The notes beneath the pieces are model-generated. The model was not told the DNA's origin, did not search any database, and saw only the letters and a list, made by a program, of their open reading frames with translations. The position numbers and the translations under genes are program-made. Positions 24,199-28,333 of a DNA stretch of 28,333 bases are shown piece after piece; the first letter of the stretch is position 1, and every line of letters starts with the position of its first letter. The stretch covers positions 53,034 to 81,366 of the forward strand of contig CAZHPN010000003.1 of NCBI GenBank assembly GCA_964534375.1. The letters are read 5' to 3'. Source of the stretch: an uncultured bacterium. Its GTDB lineage: Bacteria; Lernaellota; Lernaellaia; Lernaellales; Lernaellaceae.

Positions 24199-25467
24199 AT
24201 GAAGCGTCTCTCGTCATTCCTGGCGCCGCTGTTTTTGGTGTTGTCCATCTTGGGCGCGTCTTGCGGCAGCACTGCCGGCACGCCGCCGCATCAGGATTAC
24301 CAGGCCTGGCTGGAACAAGGGCAGGCCGCCTTGGAGCAGAACGACGCCACCGGCGCGCATGACGACTTCACCGCGGCGCTGCTGGTGCGGCCTCATGACG
24401 GCTCCGCGAGCCTGGGTCTCGTTTTGGCCGACGCCCAATCGCTGATGATCTTGATTGACGATCTCGTAAATTTCATCGCCTCCGAATCCGGTTCCACCGT
24501 GAGCACGATGGCCGTCGGCGATCCCGGCGGTCTGGGCCCCGGTTCCACGCTCGACGACACCATTCATCATTTTGTCGCGGTCATTTTGGGCGGGCTGTTC
24601 GACGAAATGATTCAGGCGTCGGACGATTCGCTCACGGCGCCCGACGCGTCGCTCTACCTGACGTCGCTGCCATTCGTCTTTCAGGGCCAGACCATTCTCG
24701 ACTTGGGCGGCCAGTGGGGCCCCGCGGATGCGCAGTGGGTGGCGGCGATCGTCCGCCTGGGAAACGGCGGGATCGATTACCTGCAGAGCATCGACTTGAA
24801 TCTGAATGTCGGCCCGTGGCTGGCGTCGGATTTCTTCCACACCTTGATCAACGGCGGCCAACTCGATTGGTCCTCGGCGTTCCAGGAAATTGTGACGCTG
24901 GCGATCAACGCGCTCGAAGATCCGCAGTATCCGGATTTTCTGCTGGCCGAAAGCGACGCCGGCCCGCTGTTTCAAAACTGTCAGCTCAACCTGGCGTTGG
25001 CGACGATCGACGCGGTGAACGTCGGGCCGCTGGTTCCCGCCGAGACCGTCGGCAACCTCAACCAGGTGCTCGGGTTTATCGACCTCAACAACAACGGCGT
25101 CCACGATCCGGGCGAACCGTATGCGTTCGAAGGCCAACTTTTCCCGCCTTTCCTCTACAACGCGTTGCCGGCGCTGAAAATCATTGGCCTCGAACTTTTC
25201 GCCGCACTCTCCCAGGGCACGCCGCTGGACGGCAGTCCGGGGTATTACAAGACGTTTGACCCCTTCGCCTTCAACCTCGTGCTCGAAGCCTGGGGCTGGC
25301 CGGAACAGTTGCCGCTGATCCCGCATGGGCGGTGGGACTTGGCTGCCTTCTTCGCCGCGCCCCCGCTGGCCCAGGACAAAGAAACGGACGACAAAGTGCT
25401 TCATTGCATCGCCGACGAACCCGATCCCGCGGCCGTGGTTGTTTGTTTGGTCAAGCTGTTCGGCTGA
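24199..25467 (+). CDS. Hypothetical acidic lipoprotein with TPR-like N-terminus and Ca-binding-like loop
   Basis: Lipobox LGAS-C; WLEQGQAALEQNDATGAHDDFTAAL TPR-like helix pair; DLNNNGVHDPGE Dx[DN]xDG-like loop; TTGACA at 24159-24164. Confidence 0.75.
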   Translation: MKRLSSFLAPLFLVLSILGASCGSTAGTPPHQDYQAWLEQGQAALEQNDATGAHDDFTAALLVRPHDGSASLGLVLADAQSLMILIDDLVNFIASESGSTVSTMAVGDPGGLGPGSTLDDTIHHFVAVILGGLFDEMIQASDDSLTAPDASLYLTSLPFVFQGQTILDLGGQWGPADAQWVAAIVRLGNGGIDYLQSIDLNLNVGPWLASDFFHTLINGGQLDWSSAFQEIVTLAINALEDPQYPDFLLAESDAGPLFQNCQLNLALATIDAVNVGPLVPAETVGNLNQVLGFIDLNNNGVHDPGEPYAFEGQLFPPFLYNALPALKIIGLELFAALSQGTPLDGSPGYYKTFDPFAFNLVLEAWGWPEQLPLIPHGRWDLAAFFAAPPLAQDKETDDKVLHCIADEPDPAAVVVCLVKLFG

Positions 25468-25508
25468 TCGGCGGCATGCCAACGAACGCCTGCAAAGCCG
25501 AAACGGCC

Positions 25509-25629
25509 GGGGGAAACCTGGGAAGCATGGGATTCATGGAAAGTATGGGACGCCGGAATCCGCATAACGCCAGATGCCTCCAGAACTCCCAGGACTCCCA
25601 GAATTCCCGGAACTCCCAGAATTCCCATT
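25509..25629. repeat. Inverted pair of 9-bp tandem arrays (copy 2), G-quadruplex motif on minus strand
   Basis: Left GGGAAACCT GGGAAGCAT GGGATTCAT GGAAAGTAT GGGA (25511-25550); right CCAGAACTC CCAGGACTC CCAGAATTC CCGGAACTC CCAGAATTC CCATT (25580-25629). Confidence 0.88.
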
Positions 25630-25737
25630 GACGGTGCATTGCGGCCCGAGGCCATCCAGCATCGGCGGCGATTAACCTGGTCCGTCTCCGGCGGGTCTAC
25701 CTGCCGGCTTCCATCCGATTGCCAGGGAGGGGAAATC

Positions 25738-25766
25738 TTGACTTTCCGTCGATTGTGCAATAGCTT
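25738..25766 (+). promoter_or_regulatory. Sigma70-type promoter of the tol operon
   Basis: TTGACT (25738-25743), 17 bp, TAGCTT (25761-25766), about 40 bp upstream of tolQ. Confidence 0.6.
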
Positions 25767-25805
25767 TGTCGCCAATTTACGAGGGCTGGTTACCCTGGGA
25801 GAGGT

Positions 25806-26555
25806 ATGCTGTTGAAGTACATTGCACTCATGGCCATCGGCCAGCAGCTCGAGCACAAGACGCCGAACGTCATCGACCTGATCGTCCAAGCCGGGCCGGT
25901 GGTGAAAGCCGTGTTGGGTTTGCTCGTGGTGTTTTCAATCGTCAGTTGGGCCATTATCTTTCTCAAGTGGTTGCTTCTGCGGAGAGCCCACAACGAGAAC
26001 GAGATCTTTCTCAAAATATTCTGGGAATCGCGGCAACTGGATGAAATCTACCGCAGCAGCAAAGAATTCTTCCACGCCCCCGCGGCCGAGGTCTTCGCCG
26101 CCGGCTATGAAGAATTGAAACGGTTCCGCGCGCAGGGCGACCGCTTCACGGCCGACGCGCCCGGCGACATCACCCCCGATCGCGTGTCGGCGGCGAAACT
26201 GAACGTCAACCGCGCGCTGCAGCGGGCGATCACCGAGCAGATGACCGGCGCCGAAAAGGCCGTGCCGTTTCTGGCGACCGTCGGCAACACCGCCCCGTTC
26301 ATCGGCTTGTTCGGCACCGTCTGGGGCATCATGAGCAGCTTCCAGAGCATCGGCGCCATGGGCCAGGCTTCGTTGTCGGTCGTGGCCCCGGGCATTTCGG
26401 AAGCGCTGATCGCCACGGCGGTCGGGCTCTTCGCCGCGATCCCGGCGGTGGTGTTTTACAACCACTTCTCGTCGCGGCTGCGGACGCTGGAGAACAACGT
26501 CAACAGCTTCGCGAACGAGTTTCTGAACATCCTCGACCGGCACATTCTGCGGTAA
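25806..26555 (+). CDS. tolQ: TolQ (MotA/TolQ/ExbB family)
   Basis: FSIVSWAII, FLATVGNTAPFIGLFGTVWGIM, VAPGISEALIATAVGLFAAIPAV; first gene of tolQRAB. Confidence 0.95.
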   Translation: MLLKYIALMAIGQQLEHKTPNVIDLIVQAGPVVKAVLGLLVVFSIVSWAIIFLKWLLLRRAHNENEIFLKIFWESRQLDEIYRSSKEFFHAPAAEVFAAGYEELKRFRAQGDRFTADAPGDITPDRVSAAKLNVNRALQRAITEQMTGAEKAVPFLATVGNTAPFIGLFGTVWGIMSSFQSIGAMGQASLSVVAPGISEALIATAVGLFAAIPAVVFYNHFSSRLRTLENNVNSFANEFLNILDRHILR

Positions 26556-26583
26556 GCCGGCGGCGGATGAAGGAGAGCGCGCA

Positions 26584-27006
26584 GTGGCCATGAGCATGGG
26601 GGGCGGCGGCAGTCGTCGCCTGATGAGCGAAATCAACGTGACGCCGCTGGTCGACGTCATGCTGGTGCTCTTGATCATTTTCATGGTGACGGCCCCGATG
26701 CTGCAGGAGGGCATGTCGATCAACGTGCCGCAGGTCAAGACGGGGCCGCTGGAACAGCACGAGCAAGCGCCGCTGATCCTGATGATGGACAAGGCCGGCG
26801 CCATGAGCATCGACAAAGCGCCGATCCCGAAGGACGCCTTGGAACAGACGTTGAAAACGAAACTGGACCAGCTGGCGGACAAGACCCTCTACCTGCGCGC
26901 CGACCAGGCGGTGCCCTACGGCTTCGTCGTCGAGGCGATGGCGACGGCGAAACAGGCCGGCGCGACCAAGTTGTCGATGATCACCAAACCGCCTGAAGAA
27001 AAGTGA
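26584..27006 (+). CDS. tolR: TolR (ExbD/TolR family)
   Basis: SEINVTPLVDVMLVLLIIFMVTAPM and LRADQAVPYGFVV motifs. Confidence 0.95.
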   Translation: MAMSMGGGGSRRLMSEINVTPLVDVMLVLLIIFMVTAPMLQEGMSINVPQVKTGPLEQHEQAPLILMMDKAGAMSIDKAPIPKDALEQTLKTKLDQLADKTLYLRADQAVPYGFVVEAMATAKQAGATKLSMITKPPEEK

Positions 27007-27007
27007 G

Positions 27008-27757
27008 ATGGCTGCTCACGCGCCGCATCCGCATTATCTTTTCGCCGTCGATTTCCCGCGGCTTTTCCCGCAAATGGTCGGCGCTTCGGTCATCGCCCAC
27101 ATCTTCGCCCTGATCACTTTCATCATGCTGCCGCGCCTGCTGCCGGGCCCGCCCCCGCCGCTGCCGAAGGAAATCGACGTCGACCTCAGCTACAACCTGC
27201 CGAAAGGCCCTAATATCGGGCCGATCGCTCCGACCCGCGCTCAGGATGCGGCTCGACTGCAAAATACCGAGGGGCAACGTCCCAAACCGAAAACGTCGGC
27301 GGACGAAGTTAAGCTGACCAAAGCCCACACCGAGGAAACGAACAAGCTCAGCATGCACGACCGCCAGCGGATCGACGCCATCGAGCGGCTGAAAGAGAAG
27401 AAGGCGCTTCAGGAAACCGCCGGCGGCGGCGGCACGGGGCAAGCCAGCACCACGGGCGTACTCGGCATTTATATTTCCAGCCTGCAAAGCCAGATCATGT
27501 CCGTCTGGTCGCTCCCGGGCGGATTGCCCGGCGAGTATTTGCAAAAGACAGTCGTTGTACGAATTTTTCTCGGCCCGAACGGCGCGGTCATCAAGAAAGT
27601 GACGAGCCAGCCCTCGGGCTTCGAGCCGCTCGATCGAAGTTGCGATTCCGCGATTCTGAAAGCGAGTCCGTTGCCCCCGCCGCCGACCCTGCTGGCCGAC
27701 GAATTGCGGACGAAGGGCATTTTGATTCGTTTTCATCCGAGCGATAAGCAGCACTAA
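27008..27757 (+). CDS. tolA: TolA-like energy transducer (TonB C-terminal-type domain)
   Basis: TM with SxxxH (SVIAHIF), Pro-rich linker, C-terminal YISSLQSQIMSVW...SGFEPLDRSC..AI.KASPLPPPP; between tolR and tolB. Confidence 0.85.
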   Translation: MAAHAPHPHYLFAVDFPRLFPQMVGASVIAHIFALITFIMLPRLLPGPPPPLPKEIDVDLSYNLPKGPNIGPIAPTRAQDAARLQNTEGQRPKPKTSADEVKLTKAHTEETNKLSMHDRQRIDAIERLKEKKALQETAGGGGTGQASTTGVLGIYISSLQSQIMSVWSLPGGLPGEYLQKTVVVRIFLGPNGAVIKKVTSQPSGFEPLDRSCDSAILKASPLPPPPTLLADELRTKGILIRFHPSDKQH

Positions 27758-27780
27758 CGCGCAGAACGAGGATTTTCTTG

Positions 27781-28333
27781 ATGAAACCATTTCGGCTCCT
27801 GTGTGCGGTCGTCGCGACCGTCGTGACCGTTCTGGGCGGATCGGCGTTGTTTGCCGGCCTGACCGACAACCAGGGGTCGCCCCAACCCGGCGGCGGCAAC
27901 CTGGCGGTCGACATTTTCGGCTCGAGCGGCGGCCTGCCGATGGTCCGCAAGGATCCGATCGCGGTGCCGTTGTTCATTAATAAGGGACCGGGCGCCGATC
28001 AACTCGGCCTGTCGCAGAAACTGGCCGACCAGGTCAGCGAAGACATGAAAATGACCGGCCGCTTCGAGGTCATCGACCGCGCGTTGTACGTCGAAGGCCC
28101 GAACGCCGGCGCGGCCAAGGGCCAGTTCGATTTCGGCGATTGGTCGGCCATCAGCGCCGAATACCTGATCAAAGGCGAATTCACGGTGGACAAAGACAGT
28201 CTGACGACCTCGATCCGGCTGTACCACGTGCCCACAAAAAAAATGCTGGTCGGCAAGCAGTACATCGGCAAGGTCGACGACTGGTACGTGATGGTGCACA
28301 AGTTCGGCAACGACGTCGTCTACGAACTGACGC
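27781..28333 (+). CDS. tolB: TolB N-terminal domain (3' truncated; absent from ORF track)
   Basis: My translation from ATG 27781 is open to the window end: MKPFRLLCAVV...DPIAVPLF...LADQVSEDMKMTGRFEVID...FDFGDWSAISAEYLIKG...IRLYHV...GKQY...VHKFGNDVVYELT; GAGG SD. Confidence 0.9.
   Translation, partial: MKPFRLLCAVVATVVTVLGGSALFAGLTDNQGSPQPGGGNLAVDIFGSSGGLPMVRKDPIAVPLFINKGPGADQLGLSQKLADQVSEDMKMTGRFEVIDRALYVEGPNAGAAKGQFDFGDWSAISAEYLIKGEFTVDKDSLTTSIRLYHVPTKKMLVGKQYIGKVDDWYVMVHKFGNDVVYELT

Noticed and set aside
25332..25889. Small ORFs with tripeptide repeats (SQNSQD, WEFWEF, LGVLGI)
   Set aside because: By-products of the 9-bp period; no SD or consistent frame between the two copies. Translation is not strictly excluded without ribosome profiling.
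25806..27757. ExbB-ExbD-TonB assignment or novel motor system
   Set aside because: A TolB N-terminal domain follows directly, making this an ordinary tolQRAB operon.

Overview
High-GC bacterial chromosomal window containing the probable replication origin (dnaA-dnaN with DnaA boxes on both sides of dnaA). The gene set (Tol system, many lipoproteins, MXAN_5187-like protein, ETF plus membrane Fe-S oxidoreductase) suggests a diderm delta-proteobacteria/Myxococcota-related organism; this is inference. Left to right: 3' part of an Asp/Asn-linker 7-repeat beta-propeller protein; a REP-like hairpin cluster; a minus-strand TetR(FadR-like)-etfB-etfA-membrane Fe-S oxidoreductase (EMO/FadF-like) operon with a clear sigma70 promoter and a Bacillus-type FadR box; an MFS transporter; an MXAN_5187-C-like protein; three envelope genes directly downstream of dnaN where recF-gyrB usually lie (Cys-rich lipoprotein, helical-toroid lipoprotein, GT-C-like membrane protein); dnaN; dnaA; a degenerate GT2 where rpmH usually lies; an AT-rich orphan intergenic island; two paralogous LppM-like lipoproteins; a YVTN-propeller/phosphoesterase lipoprotein; two unknown lipoproteins; tolQ-tolR-tolA-tolB (truncated). 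No rRNA, tRNA, CRISPR array or transposase was seen. The most unusual non-coding signal is a set of intergenic elements made of two facing arrays of short tandem repeats: two 9-bp-unit copies carrying canonical G-quadruplex motifs and one 7-bp-unit copy. No new biological system can be proven from sequence alone; the best candidates are these repeat elements, the dnaN-linked envelope cluster and the AT-rich island. All family assignments come from motif recognition by eye, not database searches.
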